Positions 1-11,852 of a stretch of 64,000 nucleotides of DNA are shown here, in pieces (position 1 is the first letter of the stretch; the number at the start of each line of letters is the position of its first letter). The notes under the pieces were generated by a model. The model worked only from the letters and a program-made list of their open reading frames with translations, was not told the DNA's origin and did no database searches. The DNA is from Candidatus Latescibacterota bacterium (GTDB lineage Bacteria; Latescibacterota; UBA2968; UBA8231), in NCBI GenBank assembly GCA_965221775.1, contig CBDCSU010000005.1, positions 1,184,001-1,248,000 of the forward strand, given 5' to 3'. A program made the position numbers and the translations under genes.

Positions 1-844
1 CGGGTTTGATCTCGTTGCCGAGGACGTCGTGCTTGCGGCCCATGGAGAAGTGCAGCTCGTGGCGGATGCGCCACAGGAAGCCGCGCCCCTTGGCCAGGGC
101 TTCCAGGTCCTGCTCGTCGAGGTAGCGGCCGAGGCCCTCGGCGGCGTCGGCGGTGCGCTCGCGGGCCTTGACGGCCCACTCCAGCAGGTGGATCTCGCGC
201 AGGCCGCCGGGTGACTCCTTGACGTTGGGCTCCAGCAGCTGCACCGAGCCGGTGTGGGCGCCGCGCTCCAGGTGCAGCCGGCGAAGACGCCCGGCGGTGC
301 CCTTCGGCAGCCGCGCCAGCAGCCGCTTGCGGAAGTCGGCGAAGAGCCCGGCGTCGCCGGCCAGCAGGCGCGCGTCGAGCATCGCCGTGCACGACTCCAG
401 GTCGCGGGACATCTGCACGCACTCGGAGAGGGTGCGGCTGCTGTGGCCGATGTCGAAGCCGAGGTCCCACAACGGGTGCAGGACCCCGGCGACGAGCTCC
501 GCCTTCTTGTCGCGCCTGCGGGCGAAGAGGAAGAGCAGGTCCACGTCGGACCGGGGCGCCATCTCGCCGCGGCCGTAGCCGCCGAGGGCGGCCAGGGCGT
601 GGCTCACGTCGTGGTGGGGGGCGGCCCCCGCCTCCCAGGCGTCGAGGACGACGGCGTCGGCGGTGGCGGCGATGCCCGCCGCCGTCTCGAGGCCGCCGGC
701 GCCGGCCTGGTGGGCGCAAGACAGCTCCTCCATGCGCGACTCCCAGAAGCCGAGGCGCGCCTCGGTGGAAGCGCCGCGGTCGCGCAGTTGCCGGCGCAGC
801 TTGCGCAGCCGTCCGTCCGGGGAGTCGCCTTCGGGAGGGGTCAT
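1..844 (-). CDS. glnD: [Protein-PII] uridylyltransferase, N-terminal part (runs off window start)
   Basis: Manual translation from ATG at 844 (not in ORF track): MTPPEGD...ALAALGGYGRGEMAPRSDVDLLFLF...LWDLGFDIGHSSRT...LEPNVKESPGGLREIH, the GlnD nucleotidyltransferase motifs. Confidence 0.9.
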   Translation of the reverse strand, partial: MTPPEGDSPDGRLRKLRRQLRDRGASTEARLGFWESRMEELSCAHQAGAGGLETAAGIAATADAVVLDAWEAGAAPHHDVSHALAALGGYGRGEMAPRSDVDLLFLFARRRDKKAELVAGVLHPLWDLGFDIGHSSRTLSECVQMSRDLESCTAMLDARLLAGDAGLFADFRKRLLARLPKGTAGRLRRLHLERGAHTGSVQLLEPNVKESPGGLREIHLLEWAVKARERTADAAEGLGRYLDEQDLEALAKGRGFLWRIRHELHFSMGRKHDVLGNEIKP

Positions 845-921
845 GGCCCGGGCTGGGAGGCTCGCCGGGGCCGCTCAGGGCCGCCCGGCAGCAGAAGTCC
901 GGAGGCCGGGTCCGCCCGCGC

Positions 922-3414
<2,493 letters not shown>

Positions 3415-3480
3415 GACTCTCTCCTGGGTCGCTCCGGACGGCCGGAAAGGGCCCTCCGTTGAGCTCGTAAGTAACGGAGA

Positions 3481-3510
3481 AATCTACACTTCTGTGTGGT
3501 CCCGTGTCAA
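3481..3510 (-). promoter_or_regulatory. Putative sigma70 promoter for lon-glnD
   Basis: Minus-strand TTGACA (3510-3505), 18-bp spacer, TAGATT (3486-3481). Confidence 0.55.
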
Positions 3511-3555
3511 GGTCGAGGGGGGCCCCCGGCGGCCTCCGGCGCAGCGGTCCGGCGC

Positions 3556-3585
3556 TTGACATCGTTCCCCTGGTCCGGGTATAGT
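3556..3585 (+). promoter_or_regulatory. Putative sigma70 promoter for hflX (probably leaderless)
   Basis: TTGACA 3556-3561, 18-bp spacer, TATAGT 3580-3585, ending 6 nt before ATG 3592. Confidence 0.7.
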
Positions 3586-3591
3586 GGCTGC

Positions 3592-4899
3592 ATGAGTCAC
3601 CCCACCGCTCCGCCCCGCGAGTCCGCCCTGCTCGTCGGCCTGGCCCTGCCGGGCATGCCCGCGTGGGAAGTGCGGGAGTCCCTCGACGAGCTCGCCCGCC
3701 TGGCCGACACCGCGACCCTGGCCGTGGCCGACCGGTTGCTGCAGACCAGGCCCCGCGTCGACGCCGCCTACTACATCGGCAAGGGCAAGGCCAACCAGCT
3801 GCGCGAGCTGGCCGAGGGCTGCGGGGCCGACATGATCCTCTTCGACAACGACCTCACCCCCGCCCAGATGCGCAACCTCGAGAAGCTCACCGAGATGCGC
3901 ATCCTCGACCGCAGCGCCATCATCCTCGACATCTTCGCCCGCCACGCGCGCACCCGCACCGCCCACGTGCAGGTCGAGCTGGCGCAGCTGAAGTACCTGC
4001 TGCCGCGCCTGACCCGCGCCTGGACCCACCTGTCGCGCCAGGCCGGGGGCGGCGCCATCCGCGGCATGGGGGCCGCCGGCGGCCGCGGCCCCGGCGAGAC
4101 CCAGCTCGAGGTCGACCGCCGCCTCGTGCGCACCCGCATCGGCTCGCTGCAGAGCGAGCTGAACCGCATCGGCTCGCAGATGGCCAATGCGCGCAAGGGG
4201 CGCGGGGACCTCTTCCGCGTCGCCCTCGTGGGCTACACCAACGCCGGCAAGTCGACCCTCATGCGGGCGCTGTCCGGCGCCGGCGTGCTCGTGCAGGACC
4301 AGCTCTTCGCCACCCTCGACTCCACGACCCGCTCCGTCGACCTCGAGGGCGGACCCCGCATCCTGCTCACCGACACGGTGGGCTTCATCAACCGCCTGCC
4401 CCACCATCTCTTCGCTTCCTTCCGCGCCACCCTCGAGGAGGCCGCCGAGGCCGACCTGCTGCTGCACGTGGTCGACCGCTCGCACCCTCAGTACGCGCAC
4501 CAGATGGGCACCGTCGAAGGCGTCCTCGCCGAGCTCGGAATCGAGGACCGGCCGCTGCTGGTGGTCAAGAACAAGATCGACCGCCTCGATCCCGACGGAG
4601 AAGAAGAGGAGGAACTCACTTGCGCCGGGGAGGACGAGGTCGCCGTCTCCGCCCTCACCGGGGTGGGGCTCGACGACCTGCGCGGCGCGATCCGCGCCCA
4701 CTGCCAGGAGCAGGAAGTCACCCTCGACCTCTGCATCCCCCAGGCCGAGGGCCGGCTGCTGTCGCAGCTGCACGAGCAGGGGGAGGTCCTGGAGCAGTCC
4801 TACGACCCGCGCGAAGTCCACCTGCGGGTGCGCCTCGGCCGCGCCTGGGCCGAGCGCTGGAGCCTGGAGCGCTTCCAGCCCAGCGAGACCGGCCCCTAA
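3592..4899 (+). CDS. hflX: Ribosome-splitting GTPase HflX
   Basis: GPGETQLEVDRR, G1 GYTNAGKST, LFATLD, DTVGFI, NKID; start moved to ATG 3592. Confidence 0.96.
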   Translation: MSHPTAPPRESALLVGLALPGMPAWEVRESLDELARLADTATLAVADRLLQTRPRVDAAYYIGKGKANQLRELAEGCGADMILFDNDLTPAQMRNLEKLTEMRILDRSAIILDIFARHARTRTAHVQVELAQLKYLLPRLTRAWTHLSRQAGGGAIRGMGAAGGRGPGETQLEVDRRLVRTRIGSLQSELNRIGSQMANARKGRGDLFRVALVGYTNAGKSTLMRALSGAGVLVQDQLFATLDSTTRSVDLEGGPRILLTDTVGFINRLPHHLFASFRATLEEAAEADLLLHVVDRSHPQYAHQMGTVEGVLAELGIEDRPLLVVKNKIDRLDPDGEEEEELTCAGEDEVAVSALTGVGLDDLRGAIRAHCQEQEVTLDLCIPQAEGRLLSQLHEQGEVLEQSYDPREVHLRVRLGRAWAERWSLERFQPSETGP

Positions 4900-5498
4900 C
4901 CCTCCAGCTTTCCCTCCTTCACGGAATCGGCGATCAGCCGCCGCGCGAACTCCCAGAGCGCCGGCGAGCCGTCGGCGATGTGCTGGTTGCGGTCCACCAC
5001 CTGGGGCGCGCGCACGCCGTGCCGCCGCCAGCCGGTGACCCCGCGCATGTGGTAGTTGAGCAGCAGCGGCTGCAGCCGGTCGAGGGCGGCCGCGTACCGG
5101 GCCTCGGGCGTCTCGCGGGCCTCGAACTCCTCCCACAGCCGCCGCAGGGAGTCGCCCTGATCGGCGGGCAGCAACCCGAAGATGCGTTCCGCCGCGGCGG
5201 CCTCGCGCTCCTCCTTGCCGACGTTGGCCTCCTCGTCGTAGGCGAAGGTGTCGCCGGCGTCGATCTCCACGAGGTCGTGGATCACGTGCATGGTCAGCAC
5301 CTTGCACAGGTCGACCTCCTCGGCGGCGTGCTCGCGCAGCACCACCGCCATCAGCGCCAGGTGCCAGGAGTGCTCGGCGTCGTTCTCCCAGCGGCTGTCG
5401 TCGGTGAGGCGGGACCGCCGGAAGACCTGCTTGAGGCGGTCCACGGCGACGATGAACTCGATCTGCTGGGGGAGGCGCTCGGGGTCGGGGGGAGGCAT
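4896..5498 (-). CDS. HD-domain hydrolase (YfbR/HDDC2-like 5'-deoxynucleotidase family)
   Basis: ENDAEHSWH...IHDLVEIDAGD...LWEEFE...ALDRLQP. Confidence 0.88.
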   Translation of the reverse strand: MPPPDPERLPQQIEFIVAVDRLKQVFRRSRLTDDSRWENDAEHSWHLALMAVVLREHAAEEVDLCKVLTMHVIHDLVEIDAGDTFAYDEEANVGKEEREAAAAERIFGLLPADQGDSLRRLWEEFEARETPEARYAAALDRLQPLLLNYHMRGVTGWRRHGVRAPQVVDRNQHIADGSPALWEFARRLIADSVKEGKLEG

Positions 5499-5529
5499 GT
5501 CGCTGCGGCTCAGGGGGTGGAGCCCACCG

Positions 5530-6288
5530 TCAATCCTGGGGTTTCCGTTCGTTCAGTCTCCAGCCGTTCAGCCTCTTCACTTTCAGCAGCTTTTCCCGAG
5601 ACACCTCCAGATCGACCTTCAGCTGGCGTTCCAGCTCGGCGTCGCTGAGAGAAAGGGGCACGTCCTTCTGCAGCGAGAATCCGTGCTTCAATACGCACAC
5701 ATGGATGGTCAGTCCCGGTGTGTCGATCTCGTCTCCAAACTCGCCGCGCACCTCACCGATCCCATCCCTGATCACCTCCAGGAAGTTTGGAATGGTCGAG
5801 TTGTCCGTACTCTCCAGGAGATGGAACCAGAGGCCCCATACTGGCTCGCGCAGCAGCTTCTGCACGTCCTTGTAGATCTTCTCCTTGTTCCTCTCCTGAG
5901 CAGACGGACTGATCCCTCCCGCCTTGAACTCGACGTTGCAGCGGCGGTCTTTCGTCTCCAGGTCATATAGAGTGAGGTCCGTCTGAGCTGACTCCTCGTG
6001 TTTGCCGGTGAACTTGTAGCCTTTGTCCGTAGGCGTCTCGACGGAGTACCTGAACCGCCCGGCCGTGCACAAGGCTTCCACGAAAGCGAACCTGGCCCCC
6101 TGCTCACTGACTCGCAGTTTCCCCTTCTCGCCCTTCTTCCCACGGTACCGCGGAAAAAGGAGACGGCATCTGTCCGGGATCTCGGACTGATCTCCGCTCC
6201 GTGCGTACGCCTCCCACAGGAGACGGTCCGTACGCCTGCACTGGCCCGAGATGCCTGCTGGCTGGGTCTTCATGGTTGAATCCTCCAT
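5530..6288 (-). CDS. Hypothetical protein, putative PD-(D/E)XK nuclease fold
   Basis: AAGGAGG RBS before ATG 6288; RVSEQ...YSVETPT...QTDLTLYD...NVEFK pattern; lower GC than neighbours. Confidence 0.55.
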   Translation of the reverse strand: MEDSTMKTQPAGISGQCRRTDRLLWEAYARSGDQSEIPDRCRLLFPRYRGKKGEKGKLRVSEQGARFAFVEALCTAGRFRYSVETPTDKGYKFTGKHEESAQTDLTLYDLETKDRRCNVEFKAGGISPSAQERNKEKIYKDVQKLLREPVWGLWFHLLESTDNSTIPNFLEVIRDGIGEVRGEFGDEIDTPGLTIHVCVLKHGFSLQKDVPLSLSDAELERQLKVDLEVSREKLLKVKRLNGWRLNERKPQD

Positions 6289-6397
6289 TCTCGCCTCCTT
6301 TCGGAGGTCGTGATTGCTGCTGCCCTCCGTGACCATATACGCAATTTCAGCGATTCTCACTACGGATCCTGAAGAAAAACCGCCGCCTGACCCACCC

Positions 6398-7657
6398 TCA
6401 GACCTCCCACCACACCCCGTCCTCCTGCCGGTCCACGTTGTCGAAGAACTCCCCGAAACGCGCGGTCTCGAAGGAGTGGATGGGCACCAGCCGGCGCGGG
6501 GCGAGGGCGGCGGCGAAGCGCTGCAGGTCGGCCACCGAGGCGTGGCCGGAGGTGTGGAGCACCTGCCAGGGAATGCCCTTCTCCTCCAGCCATCCCGTGA
6601 CTCTACGGGTGCTCTCCTCCTTCAGGTAGCCCTCCCACATCGAGTAGGTGAGGGCGGCGCCGTCGAGCACGGACTGAAGGCCGCGGTCGTGCATCATGCC
6701 GGTGCGGAAGAGCATGACGGCCCTGCCTCCCAGTCCGGGCAGGTTCTCCGGGTAGATGCGGTTCGAGTCATGCCGTCCAAGTTCATCGAACATCTTGTTG
6801 GTCTTGACGAGCACCCGTTGGCGCTGAGGGAGATAGAGCTTCACGCCGTCCCAGTGGGACTGGGGGACTCTCTCCCTTCCCGTCGCTTCGAGGACGAGGG
6901 CCGCGTAGAGATCGATGAGCAGGGCGCGGCCCGTCTTCCGGGCGGCGCGGAAGATCGTCACCACGCGGTCGATGTTCTGGGCCGAGGTCCAGACGAGGTG
7001 GAGACCCCGAGTCTCTTCGAAGGCCTGGACGAACTGCTCTTCGAGTTCCGCCTCGGTGACGAATCCCTCGCCCGTGCCCGTGCGGCCGATCGTCGTTCCT
7101 TCCATCAGGAGGACATCGATGCCCCGGGGCGGATGCTGGATCACCGCCTCTATCAGAGACGCCTTGCGGCCGTGGGCGCGGAAGTCGCCGGAGTAGTAGA
7201 CGCGCTTGCCGTCGGCTTCCACGAGGAGGGCGTAGGCGTCGAAGGCGCTGTGATCGACGAGGTGCGGGGTGATGCGGAAGGGCCCGATCTCCACCGGCCT
7301 CCGGTGATGGAGGAAGCGGGGACTCGCGAAGGCGTAGCCCTGCGGGACAAAGGGCCGCGCCGCCGCCAGGATCTTGTGCGCCGCTTCGCCGATATGCACC
7401 GGGATCTCCGGGCGGATGTTCCGCGCCAGACCGTAGTGGTCGGGATGCGAATGGGAGATCACCACGCCCAGCAGGCTGTCGTCCCGCTCCCGGAAGCCGG
7501 AGACCTTGGGGAGCAGGCTTTCGTACACATCCGCATCGGCGGCGTCGGACGCGTCCAGCGGCAGGCCGACGTCGAGAACGACGCGCTTCCCCTGCGCCTC
7601 GATCTCGATGCAGGTGCCGCCGATCTCCTTGGTGCCGCGATGGATGCGAATTCTCAA
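6398..7657 (-). CDS. MBL-fold/beta-CASP metallo-hydrolase (RNase J-like)
   Basis: TTG start overlapping the upstream stop; HRGTKEIGGTCIE, ISHSHPDHYG, VDHSAFD, YSGDFRAHG, LHTSGHA, VPIH. Confidence 0.88.
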   Translation of the reverse strand: MRIRIHRGTKEIGGTCIEIEAQGKRVVLDVGLPLDASDAADADVYESLLPKVSGFRERDDSLLGVVISHSHPDHYGLARNIRPEIPVHIGEAAHKILAAARPFVPQGYAFASPRFLHHRRPVEIGPFRITPHLVDHSAFDAYALLVEADGKRVYYSGDFRAHGRKASLIEAVIQHPPRGIDVLLMEGTTIGRTGTGEGFVTEAELEEQFVQAFEETRGLHLVWTSAQNIDRVVTIFRAARKTGRALLIDLYAALVLEATGRERVPQSHWDGVKLYLPQRQRVLVKTNKMFDELGRHDSNRIYPENLPGLGGRAVMLFRTGMMHDRGLQSVLDGAALTYSMWEGYLKEESTRRVTGWLEEKGIPWQVLHTSGHASVADLQRFAAALAPRRLVPIHSFETARFGEFFDNVDRQEDGVWWEV

Positions 7658-8697
7658 GAACTCTCGGTCCCGCTCCCCTCCCCCAGGGCCGCCACAACCC
7701 GCCCCGCCGAGATCGAGCCCACCGTCTCGCCGCTGTCGTCCACCACCGGCGCCTCGCTCGGGGCCGGCGGCGTCAGCAGGGGCAGGGCGTCGCCCAGGGA
7801 CATCTCCGCGGGGATGTGGGGCGGCCCCCGCAGGCCCTCCTTCGCCGGCTCCATGAGGGAGCCCACGCGCAGGACGCGGCCGCGGTTGATGTTGCGGGTG
7901 AACTCGGCGATGTAGTCGTCCACCGGCTCCAGGACGATCTGCTGCGGGTCCCCGTTCTGGACGATCTCGCCGTCGCGCAGGATGGCGATGCGGTCGCCGA
8001 TCTCGATCGCCTCCTCCAGGTCGTGTGTGACGAAGACGATCGTCTTGTGCAGCTCCCGCTGCAGCTCCAGCAGCAGGGCCTGCATGTCGGTGCGGATCAG
8101 CGGGTCGAGGGCGCTGAAGGGCTCGTCCATGAGCAGGATGCCAGCGTCGGTGGCCAGGGCCCGCGCCAGTCCCACGCGCTGCTGCATGCCACCCGACAGC
8201 CGCGCCGGGTACGAGTCCTCGTAGCCCGTCAGGCCGACGCGCTCGATCCACCCGCCGGCGCGGTCCGTCCACTCGGCGCGCGGCACCCCCTGCATGCTCA
8301 GGCCGTAGGCGACGTTCTCCAGCACCGTCTTGTGAGGCAGCAGGGCGAAGCGCTGGAAGACCATGCTGACCTCGTGCCGGCGGAAGTGCTGCAACTCCAG
8401 CCGGTCGAGGGCGAGCACGTCCTGGCCGCCCACGAGGACCTCGCCCTCGGTGGGCTCGATGAGGCGGTTGATGTGGCGGATGAGGGTCGACTTGCCGGAG
8501 CCGCTGAGGCCCATGACGACCTGCACCGTGTGCTCCTCGATGGCCAGGTCGACGTGGCGCAGTCCGAGGATGTGGTCGTAGCCGGAGAGCAGCTCCTCCT
8601 TGCCCACCCCCTCGCGGACCCGGTCCATGGCCGCCTCCGGATCGGGGCCGAAGACCTTGTAGAGGCCGCGGATCTCGATGTCGCCGGGACGCGCCAT
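7654..8697 (-). CDS. Glycine betaine/proline-type ABC transporter ATP-binding subunit (ProV/OpuAA-like)
   Basis: LYKVFG, GLSGSGKST, LSGGMQQRVGLARAL, LLMDEPFSALDPLIR. Confidence 0.93.
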   Translation of the reverse strand: MARPGDIEIRGLYKVFGPDPEAAMDRVREGVGKEELLSGYDHILGLRHVDLAIEEHTVQVVMGLSGSGKSTLIRHINRLIEPTEGEVLVGGQDVLALDRLELQHFRRHEVSMVFQRFALLPHKTVLENVAYGLSMQGVPRAEWTDRAGGWIERVGLTGYEDSYPARLSGGMQQRVGLARALATDAGILLMDEPFSALDPLIRTDMQALLLELQRELHKTIVFVTHDLEEAIEIGDRIAILRDGEIVQNGDPQQIVLEPVDDYIAEFTRNINRGRVLRVGSLMEPAKEGLRGPPHIPAEMSLGDALPLLTPPAPSEAPVVDDSGETVGSISAGRVVAALGEGSGTESS

Positions 8698-8699
8698 GG

Positions 8700-9575
8700 T
8701 CAGCGGTTGGCCTGCAGGCGCCGGCCGCAGCTCTGGGTGATGCGGTCGAAGACGATGGCCAGGGCCACCACCGCGGCGCCGTTGAACAGGCCGAGGGCGA
8801 AGTACTGGTTGGTCACCGCCCGCAGCACCGGCTGGCCGAGTCCCTTGACGCCGATCATGGAGGAGATGACGACCATGGAGAGGGCCATCATGATCGTCTG
8901 GTTGACGCCGGCCATGATGTTGGGCAGGGCCAGGGGCAGCTGCACGCCCAGGAGCCGGCGGCGGGCGTCGGCGCCGAAGGCGTCGGCCGCCTCCAGGACC
9001 TCCTCGTCGACGAGGCGGATGCCGAGGTTGGTAAGGCGGATCACCGGCGGCACGGCGTAGATGACGACAGCGATGACGCCGGGGATCTTGCCGAGACCGA
9101 AGAGCATGACCACGGGGATCAGGTAGACGAAGATCGGCATCGTCTGCATGACGTCGAGGACGGGGGTGATGACGGCCTGCACCCGGTCCGAGCGCGACAT
9201 GGCGATGCCCACGGGGATGCCGGCGGCGACGGCCATGAGGGTGGAGACGAGGATGATGGCGAGGGTGCGCATCGTGTCCTCCCACATGCCCAACCAGCCG
9301 ATGGCGAAGAACGTGACGACCACGCCGGCGGTGAGCCAACGGCTCCGGCTCGCCAGGTAGCAGAGCCCGGCGATGACGGCGATCATCAGCCACCAGGGGG
9401 TGGCGAGCAGGAGCTGCTCGAAGCGGATGAGGAGGTAGAGGAGGGGGTCGAAGAACGCCTCGATCGCCTCGCCGTACTCGCGGGAGAAACCCCGGTACGC
9501 GGCGTCGAAGGACTTCTTGAGGGCGCGCAGCTCGCCCACTTCGAGAGTCGGGAATTCCCGCAGCCAGTCCGCCAT
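8700..9575 (-). CDS. Glycine betaine/proline-type ABC transporter permease (ProW-like)
   Basis: PVLDVMQTMPIFVYLIP, EAA loop EAADAFGA, MAGVNQTIMMALSMVVI. Confidence 0.93.
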   Translation of the reverse strand: MADWLREFPTLEVGELRALKKSFDAAYRGFSREYGEAIEAFFDPLLYLLIRFEQLLLATPWWLMIAVIAGLCYLASRSRWLTAGVVVTFFAIGWLGMWEDTMRTLAIILVSTLMAVAAGIPVGIAMSRSDRVQAVITPVLDVMQTMPIFVYLIPVVMLFGLGKIPGVIAVVIYAVPPVIRLTNLGIRLVDEEVLEAADAFGADARRRLLGVQLPLALPNIMAGVNQTIMMALSMVVISSMIGVKGLGQPVLRAVTNQYFALGLFNGAAVVALAIVFDRITQSCGRRLQANR

Positions 9576-9673
9576 CGGCGCTTCTCCGTCCTGCCGGCGG
9601 TCCGCCGGCCTGTTGTTGGATTCCGCGGCCGGGCAGCCGCCGGCCGGAGGCAGAGGCGGGCCTCCCGGGCGGG

Positions 9674-10804
9674 CTACAAGCCGGCCTTCACCTTCTCCGC
9701 TACCTCTTCGGGCACCCAGGCTCCCCAGATCTCCTCGCGGCTGCCGAGGAAGTGCTCGGCCGTCTCCCGGGCCGTGGCCTGGCGCTCGTCCTGCCAGGCC
9801 AAGAATCCGTTGACCACCTCGTTCGACCAGGAGAGGCGGGAGAGGAAGTCGAAGGCCTCGGGCGACTCCTCCGCAAAGCGCGAGGTGACGACGGTGAGCA
9901 CGACGCTGGGCTCCCAGCCGTTGGGCCGCGGGTCGGCGCAGTCCTTGTCGGCGATGCAGTCCCAGGTCTCGGGATCGTGCTCCATGCCGCCGAGCCGCAC
10001 CAGCGGGTAGCGGCCGAGGATCGCCGTGGGCGCCCAGTAGTAGGTGAAGATCGGCCGCCGGCGCTCGAACTGGCGGGCGATGGCCCCCTTCAGCCCCTCG
10101 GAAGAGCCCGGGTTGAAGAGGGTGAAGCCCGCCTCCTCCATGCCGTAGGCGGCGAAGAGGTTGACGTTCAGGTGCTCGCAGGCCCAGCCCGGCGGGCAGC
10201 CGTAGAACCGCCCCTTGCCCGGCTCCTCCTTGTCGGGGAAGAGGTCCGGCCGCTCGCGCACCGCCTGCAGGGTGGTCAGCTCCGGGTGCTCCTCCACCAT
10301 GTAGTCGGGGATCCACCAGCCTTCGACGCCGCCGTCGGAGAGGATCTCGCCGGCGATCTTCAGCCGCCCCTCGGCCACCGCCTTGTCCACGGCCTCGCGG
10401 GCGGCGTTGATCCAGACCTCCGGGGCGACATCGGGCTCGCCCTTCTCGGTCATGGAGGTCACCGTGGGCACGGTGTCGCCGGGCACCAGGTCGGGGGTGC
10501 AGCCGTAGCCCTCATGGAGGATGATCGCCGTCACGTGGGCGGCCACCGCCGCCGAGGCCCAGTTCATCTCGGCGATGGTCACATCGCCGCAGGCCGAGGC
10601 GCCGGTCTCGGCGGAGTCCGCGGCAGCGGCGGGTTCGGCCCAGGCGCCGCAGAGGAGGGCTGCCGCCACGGCCGCGGTGGCCCGGCGCGGGAAGCCACGC
10701 CGCAACAGGGAGGGCCGCGGCAGGTTCCGCTGTCCGGTCCGGGGGCCGCGCGCCGGTTCGGGGGCGCCGATCCGGCCTGGGCGCCGCTGGGCCGCCAAGG
10801 GCAT
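9674..10804 (-). CDS. Glycine betaine/proline-type ABC transporter substrate-binding protein (ProX-like); start uncertain
   Basis: Signal-like segment, CGDVTIAEMNWASA, PDVAPEVW, GCPPGWAC, YYWAPT. Confidence 0.88.
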   Translation of the reverse strand: MPLAAQRRPGRIGAPEPARGPRTGQRNLPRPSLLRRGFPRRATAAVAAALLCGAWAEPAAAADSAETGASACGDVTIAEMNWASAAVAAHVTAIILHEGYGCTPDLVPGDTVPTVTSMTEKGEPDVAPEVWINAAREAVDKAVAEGRLKIAGEILSDGGVEGWWIPDYMVEEHPELTTLQAVRERPDLFPDKEEPGKGRFYGCPPGWACEHLNVNLFAAYGMEEAGFTLFNPGSSEGLKGAIARQFERRRPIFTYYWAPTAILGRYPLVRLGGMEHDPETWDCIADKDCADPRPNGWEPSVVLTVVTSRFAEESPEAFDFLSRLSWSNEVVNGFLAWQDERQATARETAEHFLGSREEIWGAWVPEEVAEKVKAGL

Positions 10805-10808
10805 CCGC

Positions 10809-11753
10809 CTAGCCCCCCTGCCCGGCGATCCGCCGGTAGATGGCGAAGTCGTGGGCCTCGATATGCTCCATGACCCGCTCCATGAGCCAGTCGGGCAGGG
10901 CCGAGCCGCCGCGGCGGCTGTAGGCGCTGCGGAAGATGCCGGCGCGCACGAAGAGGGTCTTGTGCAGCCACAGGGGCGACGCGGCACCGACGATGAGGGT
11001 CCGCAGCACCGGCGCCACGATGCCGTGGTAGGCCTGCCGGCCGGCCTCGGGATCGCCGTCGGCGTAGTGGTCGCAGACGGTGCGGAAGGAGTCGATCAGG
11101 GCCGGGTGGGGCATGCTGCCCACGGAGCCGCGGTCCAGCTCCTCGGGGAGCCAGTTGCCGTTGCCGCCGCCGAGGACGGTGAGCTCCCGGGGGCCGCCGC
11201 CCAGGAGGCCGCGCTCCCGCAGCCCGTCGACGACGGCGCCGATCTTGTCCGGGGCCCCCTGCGATTCCAGCTTGAGGCAGCAGACCTGCGGGGCTTCGTC
11301 CACGGCCTGGAGCAGCACCTCGGCCGGGGCGTTGCCGCCGGCGTCCTGCACCATCAGCGGCAGCTTCACCTGCTCCGACAGGTCGCGGAACAACCGCACC
11401 AGCTCGTCGCCGCCGTGGCGGTCCGGGTTGACCATGGCGAGGTCGACGCCGCAGTCGCGGGCCATCGCCGTGTGCTCCAGGGTCCCCGGGCGGCTGGCGT
11501 GGGCGGTGGCGGCGATGACCGGCACGCGGCCGTCCACGTGGCGCGCCGCCAGGCTCCACATGCGGCTCTTCTCCGAGTCGGTGAGGACGGCGCTCTCGCT
11601 GCCCATGCCGAAGGCCACGGCCTGCGATCCGGCCTCGACGCAGAAGTCGAGCTGCCGCCGCATGCTGTCTTCGTCGATGACCCCCTCGTCGTCGAAGGGC
11701 ATGGCCAGGACGGGCACGGCGCCCTCGATCCGGGGTGCTCCATCATCGCTCAC
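10809..11753 (-). CDS. DapA/NAL-family class I aldolase-like protein (probably not a true DHDPS)
   Basis: PVLAMPFDDEGVIDE, GRVPVIA, Schiff-base Lys in CLKLES; GMGSE replaces GTTGE. Confidence 0.85.
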   Translation of the reverse strand: MSDDGAPRIEGAVPVLAMPFDDEGVIDEDSMRRQLDFCVEAGSQAVAFGMGSESAVLTDSEKSRMWSLAARHVDGRVPVIAATAHASRPGTLEHTAMARDCGVDLAMVNPDRHGGDELVRLFRDLSEQVKLPLMVQDAGGNAPAEVLLQAVDEAPQVCCLKLESQGAPDKIGAVVDGLRERGLLGGGPRELTVLGGGNGNWLPEELDRGSVGSMPHPALIDSFRTVCDHYADGDPEAGRQAYHGIVAPVLRTLIVGAASPLWLHKTLFVRAGIFRSAYSRRGGSALPDWLMERVMEHIEAHDFAIYRRIAGQGG

Positions 11754-11852
11754 TGGGACGTTCCTTTCGTCTGTGGGGGCGCGTGGCCCATGCGATCCAA
11801 CTTGCGTTAATTGACCGCACGGGGCAACCAGCCCCCTTCACCGGAGACAGCC

